A stretch of 63,986 nt of DNA, counting the filler, from Trypethelium eluteriae (taxonomy: Eukaryota), in NCBI GenBank assembly GCA_051942245.1. It is 3 parts of 3 records of this genome, joined end to end, with 100 filler letters (N's around TTAATTAATTAA, not from the genome) between each part and the next. Parts side by side here need not be neighbours in the genome. Positions count along the whole stretch, not along the records: positions 1 to 23,421 come from JAVECL010000422.1; positions 23,522 to 46,861 come from JAVECL010000423.1; 1 more part is not named here. One strand, given 5' to 3'. Positions within the stretch are counted from its first letter, which is position 1. Each line of letters starts with the position of its first letter. Positions 12,153 through 24,841 of the stretch are shown piece by piece. The notes under the pieces are model-generated. The model had not been told where the DNA came from and did no database searches. It saw only the letters and a program-made list of their open reading frames with translations. Made by a program: the position numbers and the translations under genes.

Positions 12153-14048
12153 CTAGCGCCGCTTTCGTCGACGTAATTCCCATTGATCATCTTGGTCTAA
12201 TATTTCTCCCGTCTGTGGTCCATCAAGACCGCCGATATTTTCCTCCGAAAACCTCGAACTCTCTCCACGCGATGGCTTTCTCCAACTATCTTGTGGATTT
12301 TTCGATCCAAATGGTATCCGGAACTTGGTGGAAATCATGCTTGGACCTTGCTCTGGAATCTTAAGATAATCAAAATCTCCTCTCATATGCCGCGCGAGAT
12401 GTAATGCCGCCTCAAGGACCTCTTTCCCAGTCGGCACGATATGCTCCTTCGGCAGGAGGAAGCCGTAGCTTCCAGTGTCCCGTAGCTTAATTTGGAAGGC
12501 ATAGCGAACGCCCATCTCACCATAAAACCAGTCAAGTGCTGATCCCCCACCTTGTGGAAGGCTAGACTTGCGTGGAGCTTTCTCTGATATTGGCATGACA
12601 TTTCCCTCGCAGGCGGAGACGACCTTGTAGTAATGTCCACTTGACAGGCGCATTGCCTTAGCCAAACCCATGGCCAGTTCTTGCAAATTCTCTAGACTTG
12701 GAGGCGATGCGGTACAAGAGTAAGAATATGGATATAGGACTTCTTGAGAATAGGAGTGGAGATCTAGGAATGCAACGACCTCTGCATTGTGGTTGGTAGT
12801 CTGGTTCCGGACCCAGTCAACAAAGGTCCCAGTCTCAATTGCCCCAAAGGGCTCTTCGCCTGCAAAACTTTCGCTGCAAGGATTATCGGATGTCACTGCG
12901 CCGTCCCAGTGGTATCCGAAGGAGCGATCCAAGTCTATTCCAGAGCAAAATCGAAGAGGCGTAGGTTGACGGCTCTTGCGCCACAGGCGGTCGTCATTCC
13001 ACGTGTAGACATAACCATCCGGGTTGACGGATGGGACGAAAATCCAATCAAACGATTCAATGAGACTAGTGATGAGCTGAGATTTCCCATATTGAGTCGC
13101 AAGAGAATACGCAAGATAGTTGACAGATGAAGTACTGATCCATTCCCGCGCATGAATGCCGCCGGTGACGATGATGGTTTTTCGAGGGGGAAGCGGCTTC
13201 TCCGAGTTCGTGGGGTGTACGCCAACTTTCAGGGCCGGTATCTCGCGGTTCTCAAAAGTCTTGCCAACATTTATCATCCGAACATGGGTTGGAAAGATGG
13301 AGGCCATCAGACGCATCCACGGAAGTATGACACTGAGCGGCTGATAATTTTGAAAGAATATATTGGCATCCTCAGTATTACTAGACGCAGTATTCGGGTT
13401 TGAGAGTTGGTTATCGTGTGGCCTCGCGGACGAGGAAAAGGTCTGGGGATATGAGTTGTAGACTGCTTGGGCCAGGTCGAGGTCTTGCATGATCGGGGTG
13501 TGTGCATCTTGTAGAGACTCTGGCAACAAGCTTAAGAGAGGAGAGACCTGAAAGACTGTTAGCCATTGAATATTGAAGCGAAGGAGGCTTCGTCTTACGG
13601 TATCCTTTGAAAGCCGTACATCAACAAAGCTCTCACCAAATTCCCACACATCGAGAAAAAGTATTTCGCATGCTTCCGACAGTGCCCACGCCTCATCTGC
13701 GGTGGAACAATTGAACCGCAAGACTATATCCTCGCTATACCTCGTACGAAGCCTGTGTGTTGGTTGCCCATCTCCGCCTCTTGAGACTGAGGAACTTGCC
13801 AGAGATTTTACACTTTCTGGGTAGCCTAACACTTTCTGGATGATTCTGTTGGATAGTCTTCGCCAGCTGCTCAATTGGTGGTGTGGATAATGTTCTTCAG
13901 AAACCTTGGCAATCCCAGACTTGGGCTCGAGACGACGATAGGACTGCGAGGTTGCACCAGAGACAAGTGAAGCCAAACAAATGGAGAGAAGGGCGATGAA
14001 GAGTAGCCTGAGAGTTAGTGAGGTTGCAACCGCACTCCTGATCGCCAT
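12153..14048 (-). CDS. ECM14: Ecm14-type M14 metallocarboxypeptidase (pseudo-enzyme)
   Basis: Signal peptide. Motifs GIHAREWIS, NPDGYVYTW, RLWRK, DLDRSF, LDLHSYSQ, QIKLRDTGSYGFLLP. In-frame 51-nt intron 13548-13598. Likely ATG at 14048. Confidence 0.93.
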   Translation of the reverse strand: MAIRSAVATSLTLRLLFIALLSICLASLVSGATSQSYRRLEPKSGIAKVSEEHYPHHQLSSWRRLSNRIIQKVLGYPESVKSLASSSVSRGGDGQPTHRLRTRYSEDIVLRFNCSTADEAWALSEACEILFLDVWEFGESFVDVRLSKDTVRRSLLRFNIQWLTVFQVSPLLSLLPESLQDAHTPIMQDLDLAQAVYNSYPQTFSSSARPHDNQLSNPNTASSNTEDANIFFQNYQPLSVILPWMRLMASIFPTHVRMINVGKTFENREIPALKVGVHPTNSEKPLPPRKTIIVTGGIHAREWISTSSVNYLAYSLATQYGKSQLITSLIESFDWIFVPSVNPDGYVYTWNDDRLWRKSRQPTPLRFCSGIDLDRSFGYHWDGAVTSDNPCSESFAGEEPFGAIETGTFVDWVRNQTTNHNAEVVAFLDLHSYSQEVLYPYSYSCTASPPSLENLQELAMGLAKAMRLSSGHYYKVVSACEGNVMPISEKAPRKSSLPQGGGSALDWFYGEMGVRYAFQIKLRDTGSYGFLLPKEHIVPTGKEVLEAALHLARHMRGDFDYLKIPEQGPSMISTKFRIPFGSKNPQDSWRKPSRGESSRFSEENIGGLDGPQTGEILDQDDQWELRRRKRR

Positions 14049-14864
14049 TGACGCCGTGGTAGAATTAGCATGCCAGCAGTTCGTCGAAAGGCACAAGAAA
14101 GGGCGGAATCAAAGAAGGAAAGATGTCGCGTGCCTCAGTGGGAGGAGAAGAGCATCTCGTCGTCTGTCAGTGGCGCCTGCGGAAGAAGACGAGAGGGGAG
14201 GAGCGGGGCAGCGGCTGCAGGCGTCGATTTCGTTGTGCAGGTGCAGCAATCCCGGTAGTTCGTTACGTACCCGTGCCGTATCGATCAATGCATCCCAACT
14301 GGAAGTTTGCTCTCGGTCAAGCACATGCCAGTTTGTCGGCGCACCCACTCTCCTCGCCCTCCTGATGTGATTGTCAGCTGTCCGCGCGTCGACGGGACGG
14401 ATTCAAAGTCTACGGCGGGTGGGCCATCAGTGTAATGCTGTATTACGGCGGCGGCGGAGCACGACGTCAAGAGCGGAAGCACACGGTCCATTGTCCGAGA
14501 GGAGGCCAAACCGCCCCCTTCGCTGCTGAACCTAAGTATCTTGTACTCCAGCACTTTGATGCGACACCATCCTGCCCGTCACCTTCATCTCTGTATATCA
14601 ACTCAGTCACTCGTTTTTCCCTCGAAGCTCTGTCCTGTCCTCGTCCGACCATCCCGTTTTCGCCCTCACCCAGTCGCGTCGTGCCGTCAGCCTTGCATCA
14701 TCTCAGCTACAAACCTGCCAACATCCTGGCATCGCACATCGAACCCCGACTGTGTTGCTCGTGGGGCAGATCCACCCAAGCTCTACCTCCCATAGGTGTT
14801 CTCCACTGAATTGACTCTCTCTTGAGACTCATGAGTGCTTCACTGTTGCTGCTCATGACCCGTC

Positions 14865-17800
14865 ATGCCTCTGATGGGACTGCGCTATAATCGCAGTGAG
14901 AAGGATCTCCATCGGCGCAGCACTCATGATCCTTCCCATCTCGTCCGCCGTAGCGAGCAGGTCTCGCGCTCAGGGACTCCCGTTGACTACCTATCGCCAC
15001 AGCTAGCCATAGACTCCCATGGAAACGCTGTGTCCGCGCCGCCCAGCTCCCACGGGATGCTGCAGGAACCTCCACCCTCCCCGCCAATACAGCCAGCGAC
15101 ACCAAACACACGTCGGTTCAGCATGCTCAAGTTTCGACACGCTTCTGACTCTCAGCTATCAACAAGAGCGAAAGAACAAGCTGCGCCAGAAGTTCCGCCG
15201 GTCCCGTCTATACCTCCTGATGGTAAGCTTACTCTGCGCTACGTACAGCAAACAAGGATTGACAATCTTTTGATCAGCCCCTTCAATCATCACTACCGCG
15301 CCGACCATGGAATCCACGAGGTCGCAACCTCGTAAATCGAAAGTGCGCACTCCATTCAAGAGACGGAAGAACCCGCTGGATCAGGTCATAGGCGAAAGAT
15401 TGAAGCCTCAGAGGTCGAATGCACAAGTTAGACGAAGCAATAATAGTTCCACTGAACAAATGGGCGGCCAAAATTATCTAGACGAAACGGAGGATTTGAC
15501 TCGCCTCTCAACCACCTCCGCTAGTTTTCGTCCTGGCGCACCTACCGCATTTGGAGAGGACATGGCCAAGACCACTGCGCCATCCGTTTCGAGAAAGTCC
15601 GAATCATCTCGATCGGATGGAAGCTCCACTGGATATGGAAATGTCGCCTATTCATCTTCCAAAAACCCTCAATCGCTCTCAGCAGCTGCCTTCTTTCGAC
15701 TTCCTGGACGCAACAAGCGTACATCATTATTCCCCTTGCCCGTCAAGATACCGTCGCCGGAAACAGCGCCTGAGCAGCGTAATGAAGGTTTGCTCACTCC
15801 GAGGGCTTCGACAAGTGCATTCACCTCTGGCTCATCCAATGATTCACCTACCTTGCGGACTCCTCCCGCGACTGCGGTTCCTCATAACAATACACTAAAG
15901 GGCCAAAGTCTCGAATATCCTTCGGCACGGCATGCCACTTCGCATGGGGCGCTTGCTGCTTCTTCCGTAAGCTTTGCTGCGCCAGGAGCCCACCTCGCCC
16001 GTAACGATTCCACGACTTCTGCAAAATCGTCTCCACCTGGTCTTTTACCACCCATGCGGTTAGAAAGGCGGAACAGATCTCCTACCGCGACATCGAGTGG
16101 AGAACTGCCTTCCACTCCCCCATTACCAATTAGTGGGCGTGACTCAATGTCTCTTGCAGGCCGAAGTAGTCTAGGTACGGTCTTCAGTCTCTCCCGTTTC
16201 CGGCAGAGTTCGGATGCGCAAATCTCGCGCCACGGATCACCAGCAAGTGGACAGACCGGTACACCAGGGGGCACCACCAAGAGCAATTCCTTTGCATTGA
16301 GCCGGGAAGTTCTTGTTCTACCCGAGCGAGAAGACGGTGAAACGCCTGTGAAGTATTTGGCAAGAGTCGAAGAAGCTATTCCACGCAGCTGCATAGCGTC
16401 GCTGTTGTCCAAATCAAATGACCCGTTTTCTCTGGCAGTTATGAGGAGTTATATGCGGACATTCGCATTCTTTGGCGAGCCCATCGACATGGCTGTGCGA
16501 AAACTACTAATGGAAGCGGAGCTGCCAAAGGAGACGCAACAGATCGATCGCGTTATTCAAGGCTTTGCGGACCGATATCATGAGTGCAATCCGGGAATAT
16601 TCATATCATCAGGTAATGTCTCTCCAGACTCACAAATTACCTAATAGCTGACGTTTACTATTAGAACAAGCGTACATTCTTGCATTCTCAATTATCATCT
16701 TGCAGACAGATGTTTTCAACAAGAATAATAAGAACAAGATGCAAAAACAAGACTACATAAAAATGGCATCGGGCAATGATGTCTCCGAAGCCGTTTTGGG
16801 TTGCTTCTACGATAATATCTCATACACTCCTTTTATCCACATTGACGACGATGTGAATGTCAACGGATCAAGACCCGGCACTCACAAGCCTAGGAAAGCT
16901 CTCTTCAAAAACCCCGCGCCCGAGCAAATCAAGCGAGTGGCGGCAAAGGAACCTCTCGATCCTTATACCCTTATCTTCGAGTCGAAATTAGACTTTCTCC
17001 GTCCCGAGATTAGAAATGTCATCAATTTGGACGATCCGTATACCTATCTAGGAACAACCTCAAATCTAGACGTGAAAGCGCTCTCAAATTCATTCTTTCG
17101 GTTTGGTGTACTTCAGATCCTATCAGCAAGATCACGACCGGAGGCTTTCATGTCCCAAGCAGGCATAAGTAATCCACAAGAAGCGCAAGCAGGTGTAGTC
17201 GACATCATGGTCACAAAAGTGGGTATACTATGGCGGAAAGACACCAAAAAGAAAAAAGCTCGTTCACCATGGCAAGAATGGGGGGCTGTTCTCACTGGCT
17301 CACAGCTATACTTATTTCGAAGCTCTGCATGGGTTAAAAATCTGATGCACCAGTACGAGGTTCATCAGAAACAGGGAAACAGAGATACGCCTGTCATCTT
17401 CAAGCCTCCATTGACAGAATTCAAGCCGGATGCCTTCCTTTCCACAGACGATGCTGTCACGCTTCGAGACTCGACGTATAGGCGACATAAACATGCCTTT
17501 ACATTCGTCCGCCACGGCGGGTTTGAGGAAAACTTCCTGGCTGAAGATGAGGGAGAAATGAACGATTGGCTTGCGAGGCTTAATTATGCCTCAGCATTCC
17601 GTTCAGCAAACGTGAGAATGAAAGGCCTTGTCGGTGGCAGCTACGAAGGTCAAAGAAGTCGGGGTATCCGAAGACTAGACTCTAGCAAATCCGTGAGATC
17701 GGTACAGACGCCGACTGGGGAGGTGACAATTCAAAGCGGCAAAATTGATATGCAATTGGCGCAGCAGATCCTCGAAAGCAGAAAACAGCACATCCTGGAG

Positions 17801-19357
17801 AAGGTGGCACAGGCCGAAAATCAACTGGGAGACTATCATAAGGAATTGGACAAGCTCCTTCGGAATGCTAGGCATCTTCAAATACTTGCTCCCATTCAAC
17901 CAAAAACTCGCCAGGATATCATCATGGCAGCAGGCCGCATGGAAGCGCAGCTTCGATGGACGAGAAAAGATATATGGCGGGTGAGGTGTCATAAAGATGT
18001 CCTTGCAAAGGATATCGAAGATGATGCGAGTGTGGAAAGCCAGCCACAGGCCATGGATACCTTAACACCTTCGGCAGATCCAGCCAAACAACCTCGATCA
18101 CGTGCACTAAGCAAATCTAGCCCCATAGGTAGTCCGAAGCTAAGCCCCAAACGAAGCCAAAGCTCGTTTACTCGATCGCCACGGCGAGATGGAAGGTCGT
18201 CCCTGGAAGTCCAAACGGAGATGGCGTTCAAAGCTCCTGCCGAGCCAGCAAGTTCGCTACGCTCCCAGGATCAATGGCAACTCCCGCCTCTGTCCTTGAA
18301 CCCTAATCGCCGTTCTCGCGCATCAGTCTCTAGTGTTCAAGCCAATAGCGCTACTCAAGATGCTCTTTCTTTGGCAAGTAGCCATGGGCGCGAGGCTCGA
18401 TCTCCGACGATGTCGAATACGACTGATACTCACCTCGCAACACCAACACCTAGTATTGACGACAAGGAACATGCCCTCTTGCGTGAAGCGGGTCTTCTAC
18501 GAGAGGATAGTAATCGTCCAAGAACAGCACCAGACTCGGATCAGGAGTGGAATAGCGCTTTGGCCTCTCCAGAAGGCCGCTCCAAAGTCCGTCGCAGCCT
18601 ACATAGGACTCTACGAGAAAGTCACGGACACGGTCACGGTCATCATGTACCCCATGGACCATCCCATCACCGTAGTAGGAAGGGTAAGGATTCTGCCTCC
18701 TCTGCTGGTCTGGGAGACGATGACGTATCGCACGAGGGCGAGCGTTTATCAAGGACGACAGGAAGCTTTACTGTGCATGGGAAGAAGGCCTCCGTCATTC
18801 ACTTTGGATCGGAATGGAAGGACATGTCACCAGAAGATCGCCTCAAAGCCAAACGGCACGCCCATGCTCAGGATAAACGACTCTCTGTCTCCAACGCGAT
18901 CGAAGACAGTGAGGACATCAGTCTGCAGGATAGTCCTGGCGACCACGATAGGTCCGGCGTCGGAAAGGAGATTGCGGCGGGAAAGCGCCCTGTCTCGATG
19001 GCGGAAACGGAGAGTACGACGACTGCGCAAAGCTTCAGAGACGCCGAGCTCAATGCTGTGACGTCGACCAGCGATGCTTTGTCCGAGGACTCCAGCTTTG
19101 AAGCACCCCAGCCAGCGCAATTCGAACCGCCTGGAGGGGACATCTTCACAGCCGAGGACTTAGTCCCTCCTCCAGAGGAATCTCCTCTTGCTGGTGATTT
19201 CCATACGCCGCCTTCGGAACAAGGTCAGGTTGAGGAGGAAGATGCGGTAGTTGGAGGCGAGGACATGGAGGGGAAAAGTGGCTCTTCGGGTGCGAATGAT
19301 GAATTAGATATGGATCGGCTGCAACCGCAGCTTCGTGCTATTTCCGCTGAGTCATGA
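14865..19357 (+). CDS. Sec7 + PH domain ARF guanine-nucleotide exchange factor (Syt1-like)
   Basis: Sec7 motifs ELPKETQQIDR and AYILAFSIIILQTD..N. PH domain (VGILWRK...WQEWGAVLTGSQLYLF...MNDWLARLN). Introns 15223-15277 and 16613-16664. Long Ser/Pro-rich termini. Confidence 0.9.
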
Positions 19358-20957
19358 GATTGCCCTCGATAGAGGAAATAAAACAGCAGGTCTTGACTTT
19401 TAGTCATTTCTTTTCTCTTTTCTCTTTTCAGAGGGATCGGAGTGGATTTGGGAGTGGGAGCGTCTTTCTTTCCCTTCTCCTTGGTCTGGGGTACTTTTCA
19501 GCGTTACTGCATAGGCCTGGCGCTGGTGGGATAGGGAAAAAAAATTGGGTGAAATGGCTGATAGACGTGAATCGCAACGGCTTTTATGATGAGATCTCAC
19601 TGGCACGGTTGGGTTGTACTATATATTGCTTTTAGTCCGTCCGTCACCGACGCTACAATCTTTCTCTTCAACGAGCAAGCATCTTCTTTCACTGGAAAAT
19701 CGTCTGAAGCCCTATATTAAGGACTTCGAGAACTTGAGAAAGCTGCCATAAAGGCGGTATGGGCTCCATGAAAGTCCGACAACTACTCATTTCCGCAAGC
19801 CGTGCTCGTGCCATTGCATTGGTACTGAATATCGCCTGAATCTAGTGTCCAAACTCTTCTCAAAAATTCACGGGCTGCTCAGGTCTGGGATTGCTATGAA
19901 TCGGCGACTTCAATTTGCCATTGATCCAAGGAAAGTGATTGACAGTCACATCTGATGCTCTGTTTACGACACTCAGCCTTCCGCCCCTGGCAGCGCTCAG
20001 CGTCCTCTGCCGTTATGTGTCTCAACGTCTCGCACTCGAGCGATTGCAGGGACGTTTCAGCTATTGCAGCTGCTGTAGCCTCTCCGTCTGAAGAATAAGG
20101 TATGGTCCTCGCAAGGCCTCAAATACTTGGGTTTGACCGCATCTGGAGTAACCACAGACTTCTCGTTCATCAAAGACGCACGTGGCGGAAACTAGTCAGA
20201 CTTGATATTGCCATGCCGGGTCTGTGTCGAAGGCATTTAGTCGAGTTATCTAGGTAGACCTCCTCCTAGGACAGTATCCACGGTTCGGGAATTGTAGGAA
20301 TATCGGGTGGAAACGGGCGTACGGGGAGAAGGCACGAAGGTGGAAGGGTCGAGATCGTCGAACGTTAGCTCAGATTCGCAGTGCCGAGGTTGACGCGACG
20401 TTGATGTCACACCACGAGCAACGGTTCGCGTCGCGCGAATCGTGAAAGGGACCCAAGAAAGCCAATTGCATGTGAAATGGCAGCTTTGGTATTTGCAGCC
20501 ATTGCCATTTCCACTGCCAGTGACGATATCAAGAAGCTGTCCAATGATTGCGCGAATCGGAATGCCTCCTTGTGGTGGAGGACGAAGGCAGAGCTACTAC
20601 GCCGTGTTGGTGGAATAGCCGCAACCCCTCGGCATCCAGGACGCGAAATCCTGGGGTAATGGAGGAGAGGGGCAGAAATAAAAACCTCCCTGGTAATAAT
20701 AGCTTCTCGGTACCGGCTCGGAGCTTGCTCCCATGGTAGAGTCTGGGCTCTGAAGACGTAATGTAGGTTGTTTTGTTCCTACTTCTTCTCTCCGTAGTTT
20801 ATACATTTCCTCGTCTTCGAGATATTGAACTCTTCTGTCTCTCTCTATCTATCCTTCAGGAGCGCGTAGCATAGCTGCCAAGCGCTTCTCTCCTTTCGTC
20901 TGCCAGCCTTCGGTTTGGTTCGTCATACACGGTCTTCGAAAATCTTTTGATGTCACG

Positions 20958-22446
20958 ATGTCGGCAACCAATGTGAAAGGCCCTGGTGGCAAGAAACCTG
21001 CTTCGGCAGCAACTAACTTGATCGGTATGGTCGATACTAAAAAGATCATGGATTCAGCGGAGCATTGTTCTAACGGGCTCCATTCTAGCTGGCGGTGGGG
21101 CTGGCATGATGGAGGCGCTCGTCTGCCATCCTTTAGGTGCGTTAGGGCTGGCGTTCTGTGATGGAAATGCGCAATCGCTGACAGTTTCTAGATACGATCA
21201 AAGTTCGCATGCAGCTGTCACGTCGAGCGAGAGCACCAGGCGTATGTGGCTCCACCTATTTTCCTGCAGTGCTCTTCAAATCGACCTTTGGCTCTCCCCT
21301 AAATATCGACCTTTCACGAGGAAATGACTGAATATGCTTATAGGCGAAACGACGAGGTTTCATAGAGACCGGGATAGGTATCGTTAAGAAGGAAACTCCG
21401 CTGGGTCTGTACAAAGGGCTTGGTGCCGTTCTGACTGGAATCATACCGAAAATGGCCATCCGCTTTACGAGCTACGAGAAATACAAGCAGCTTTTGGCAA
21501 ACAAGGATGGTGAAGTTAGTGGCCGAGCAACATTCCTTGGTATGTATTGTACTGGACCTATCCGAGACTATCGCAATTGGCCACCCATATCTTGAAATAG
21601 ATCTGTTCGAAAAGGATAGAGATACAATGATTTGCAATACGGGCTAACTTGAAATTCTCAGCGGGTCTTGCCGCCGGTATTACAGAGGCCGTTGCAGTTG
21701 TGACTCCTATGGAGGTCATCAAAATTCGACTACAAGCGCAGCACCATTCAATGTCTGATCCCTTGGACATACCTAAATACCGAAACGCTGCACATGCTTT
21801 GTATACCGTCTTGCGCGAGGAAGGTCCTGGTGCGCTTTACCGAGGAGTTAGCTTGACCGCGTTACGACAGGGCAGCAACCAAGCAGGTACGTAGCAAATC
21901 CTGGAGTGGTCTAGTGGCACTGCAAGGAATGCAATCAATATGCAGAGTCAGAGCTGAGAGCGGGATCGAAAAAAGGAGGTGCTAAAAAATACTTACTTCC
22001 AGTGAATTTTACCGCATATACGGAGTTCAAAGCGATTTTGCAGAGGCTACAAGAGACACCCGACACGCCTCTTCCCGCCTGGCAAACGTCAATAATTGGT
22101 CTCATTTCTGGTGCCATGGGTCCTCTTTCCAATGCTCCGATCGATACTATCAAAACTCGTTTACAAAAGACCCCAGCAGAACCAGGTCAGTTCTTTCGGA
22201 ATGCTGCTCTCAAGATCCAAGGAACTGATGCGTAGCGACTCAGGCGAGACGGCTCTATCGCGTATTCTCAATATATCCAAAGCAATGTTCAAACAAGAAG
22301 GCTTCCGTGCATTCTATATGGGCATTACTCCGCGCGTAATGCGGGTTGCCCCTGGACAAGCCGTAACGTTCACGGTTTACGAATATCTGAAAGAAGTCTT
22401 GGAGAAAGGACGAGAAATGTTGCCGGGTGGCAGTTACGAAGAATAG
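20958..22446 (+). CDS. SFC1: Mitochondrial succinate/fumarate carrier (AcuL/Sfc1)
   Basis: Three carrier signatures (PLDTIKVR, PMEVIKIR, PIDTIKTR), plus KMAIRF, HHSMSDP..PKYRNA and RVAPGQA. Six introns: 21025-21088, 21137-21191, 21242-21343, 21540-21661, 21887-22002, 22186-22243. Confidence 0.93.
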
Positions 22447-22795
22447 GATCGCATCAGGAAACGAAATGTCCTCGAAATAGTTAGAGCGAAAGCGAGGGAG
22501 CTAGAGAGGGTAATTGTGGGCTCCCGCAAGGGTGTGATGCTGGCTCGACCCAGTTACCACGAGTCAATATCAGATCCCCTGAGCAAATGACCGCGGCTGT
22601 CCAATGATGTGTTAGAGCGAATTCTGCGCTGCAAAGCGATGCATTGACGGTGTTCTTGTGTCAGTTTTGTACCAGAGACTAGCGAAGTATCGAACCATTT
22701 TCATAATTTCATCTATTGATGTCTACAGCCATAGAATATTTTGGGACCCGCCACATTGCTTTTTGGAAACCTAACCCTCAATGCAGTCATTGATA

Positions 22796-23421
22796 TCATC
22801 GTCGTCCAGGCCGCTTTGGCCGTGCGAATCCGCTTTTCTGTTCCGACTTCGGATTGAACTCGTCATGTAATGTCTGAGCGGTGATCTCATCTGGGTTCGT
22901 TGCTTCGAGCTATGCCCGCCATCCATTAGTTATCTTCTCGGTGTAGTAGCTCATACACGTTGAATTTACACATACCTTTTTCGAAACCTCGATGCCAGCT
23001 TCACTCGCCGCAATAGCAATGATGCTCGCCCGGCTCGACGCGTAAAGCATACGCTCTTTGATCTTGGACTCTGAGGGACAGGTGTAAATAAAGACAACAG
23101 GTTGGTCGCTCCCACTTTCAGAAGACGTCTCGCTGTATCGATAGAACGAATACCGTGGTTCTGAAGATGAGATAGCCGAAGCCAGAGAATGCGGAGTGGC
23201 GGAGGACGTAGACACGAGGTCGATCGTCTCGCTTGCGACGTCGATTTTCTAATGTTCCCTCCATCAGCTCTGTGAATCTTAGTGGCATCTTTTGCTTCGC
23301 TTCTGCCCTCGCCCAAGCTCCATCAATCCCAACAGATAAAAATCTCCCCACTAGCAAACCCGTTCACATGAAAAGTTCCAAGTAAAGAAACTCACCAACT
23401 GCACCAGCCCACCCTCTCCCC
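22796..23421 (-). CDS. TWF1: Twinfilin, second ADF-H domain and C-terminal tail (5'-partial at gap)
   Basis: GLVQL/KIDVASETI...EPRYSFY...FIYTCPS.SKIKERMLYASS and tail GFARPKRPGRR*. Introns 23249-23395 and 22910-22975. Confidence 0.9.
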
Positions 23422-23521
23422 NNNNNNNNNNNNNNNNNNNNNNNNNNNNNNNNNNNNNNNNNNNNTTAATTAATTAANNNNNNNNNNNNNNNNNNNNNNN
23501 NNNNNNNNNNNNNNNNNNNNN
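23422..23521. other. Artificial contig-joining spacer (N44-TTAATTAATTAA-N44)
   Basis: Exactly 100 nt with a six-frame-stop 12-mer at 23466-23477. Genes are truncated on both sides. Confidence 0.97.
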
Positions 23522-23857
23522 GAGTTTGATGACAGTCAGTAAGACGGCGTTGTATTGTGAGTATTCGATTTGAGATCTGGAGAAGGAAGAAAGCGGGGAA
23601 AGGCTAATGCGAGATAGGGCTCAATGAGGCGTTTTCAGGGTTTGATAATATTGGACACAACAGTCTGGTTGATCTTACTTTCATGTGGATCATACCTAAG
23701 TGAGTGCCCAGTTTCTACTTCGATAAGGAGTTATCAGATCGCTGACTCACGCTGCAGCGGCTTGTGGTTGGTCTTCCCAAGCTACATGATTTACGTGTTT
23801 GGGCAGGAGGTCTTGGACGGACTAGAATCGGCCTCCGAGACAAAGAAACGCCGGTAG
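23522..23857 (+). CDS. Emopamil-binding-protein/EXPERA-like membrane protein, C-terminal part (5'-partial)
   Basis: Splices to SLMTVSKTALYWLNEAFSGFDNIGHN..DL.FMWIIPNGLWLVFP..MIY.FGQE. Introns 23557-23617 and 23700-23757. Confidence 0.75.
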
Positions 23858-24214
23858 ATCGATAATCTTGACATACGAGTTTGATGGAAGGTTTCAATCT
23901 AGTTGGGTCCATTCCATACCTCATTGCTGTATTATATTTTATCATTTTACCCTGGATGTTTCCCGCCAGAGACTGCTTCCCAGTGCGCGTTAGCTACACG
24001 TAAAACTTCGAAACCGCTGTTTGCATACGTGCCTCAATTTCAAGTCCAACCCCTTCCTTTCGGATAATCTTGCACCCGTTTCCCTCCTCGCTTTGGCGCA
24101 AGTCTGCCTCTATCAGCGCCTTGCACGTTCCCTTCCCGCACGGCATCTCATTCACAATCATTCCATAGTGGATGTCGGTACGAAGAATTGATAATTAGAT
24201 CCTCACCCGGTTCA

Positions 24215-24841
24215 TCATCGGCCTTCACCTGGCGTGAACATATTGGTCCCCAACATCACCACTACCGACCCTACAGCCAATGCCTTGACCCCTTGAGTCT
24301 CGGCGTCACTCTTTCCCCTCCTTGTACGCCGCCTCAATCCAAAAATTCTTTCCCGCTTTGACACCTCCTCGCCTCCCTCTTCCTCGCTCGAAGTCGCTTC
24401 GTCGTCTAGCTGCGGGAAATGGTGCAACGGTGGACTTGGTTCTGAGGGAGGCACGTATGAGAAAGGAGATGCGGTGGTATGGGACGCTGGGTTGGCGATA
24501 GTGGCGCGGCGAGGTCGTGAGACGGGGACTGGCGGAGAGCGGGCGCCACAAGTCGAAGTTGAGCGTGGGAATGGTGAGGAGATGGTTGAAGCTGGAGCTG
24601 CCGAGGTGGTCTGACGCGCGGTTGCGACCTCATAGGAAGCTGGAGCCGAAGAGACGTCTGGGATTAGGAATGCAGGAGAGGGTTCTTCGTTCTGGGTAGG
24701 TGAGGGAGGAGAGACGGATATTGTGATGCCTCGGGTGCGGGAGGAGCCTGCTCGGAGAGAGGGGAGAGCGCGTTGTTCTTTGGCGGAGGCCATTGATTTG
24801 GTCTCATGGTTGGCTTCTGCGCTGAGTGACTGTGATAACAT
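24215..24841 (-). CDS. Hypothetical Ser/Pro-rich low-complexity protein
   Basis: 208-codon ATG ORF with an acidic patch followed by a basic patch. No recognisable domain; the 3' end is uncertain. Confidence 0.35.
   Translation of the reverse strand: MLSQSLSAEANHETKSMASAKEQRALPSLRAGSSRTRGITISVSPPSPTQNEEPSPAFLIPDVSSAPASYEVATARQTTSAAPASTISSPFPRSTSTCGARSPPVPVSRPRRATIANPASHTTASPFSYVPPSEPSPPLHHFPQLDDEATSSEEEGGEEVSKRERIFGLRRRTRRGKSDAETQGVKALAVGSVVVMLGTNMFTPGEGR

Noticed and set aside
19640..20900. Small gene between the Sec7 GEF and SFC1
   Set aside because: Only short frames with no coherent exon chain; more likely terminator plus SFC1 promoter.
23466..23477. TTAATTAATTAA as a biological repeat, TSD or piggyBac-like site
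   Set aside because: Centred in symmetrical N runs and identical at 46906; it is an assembly linker.
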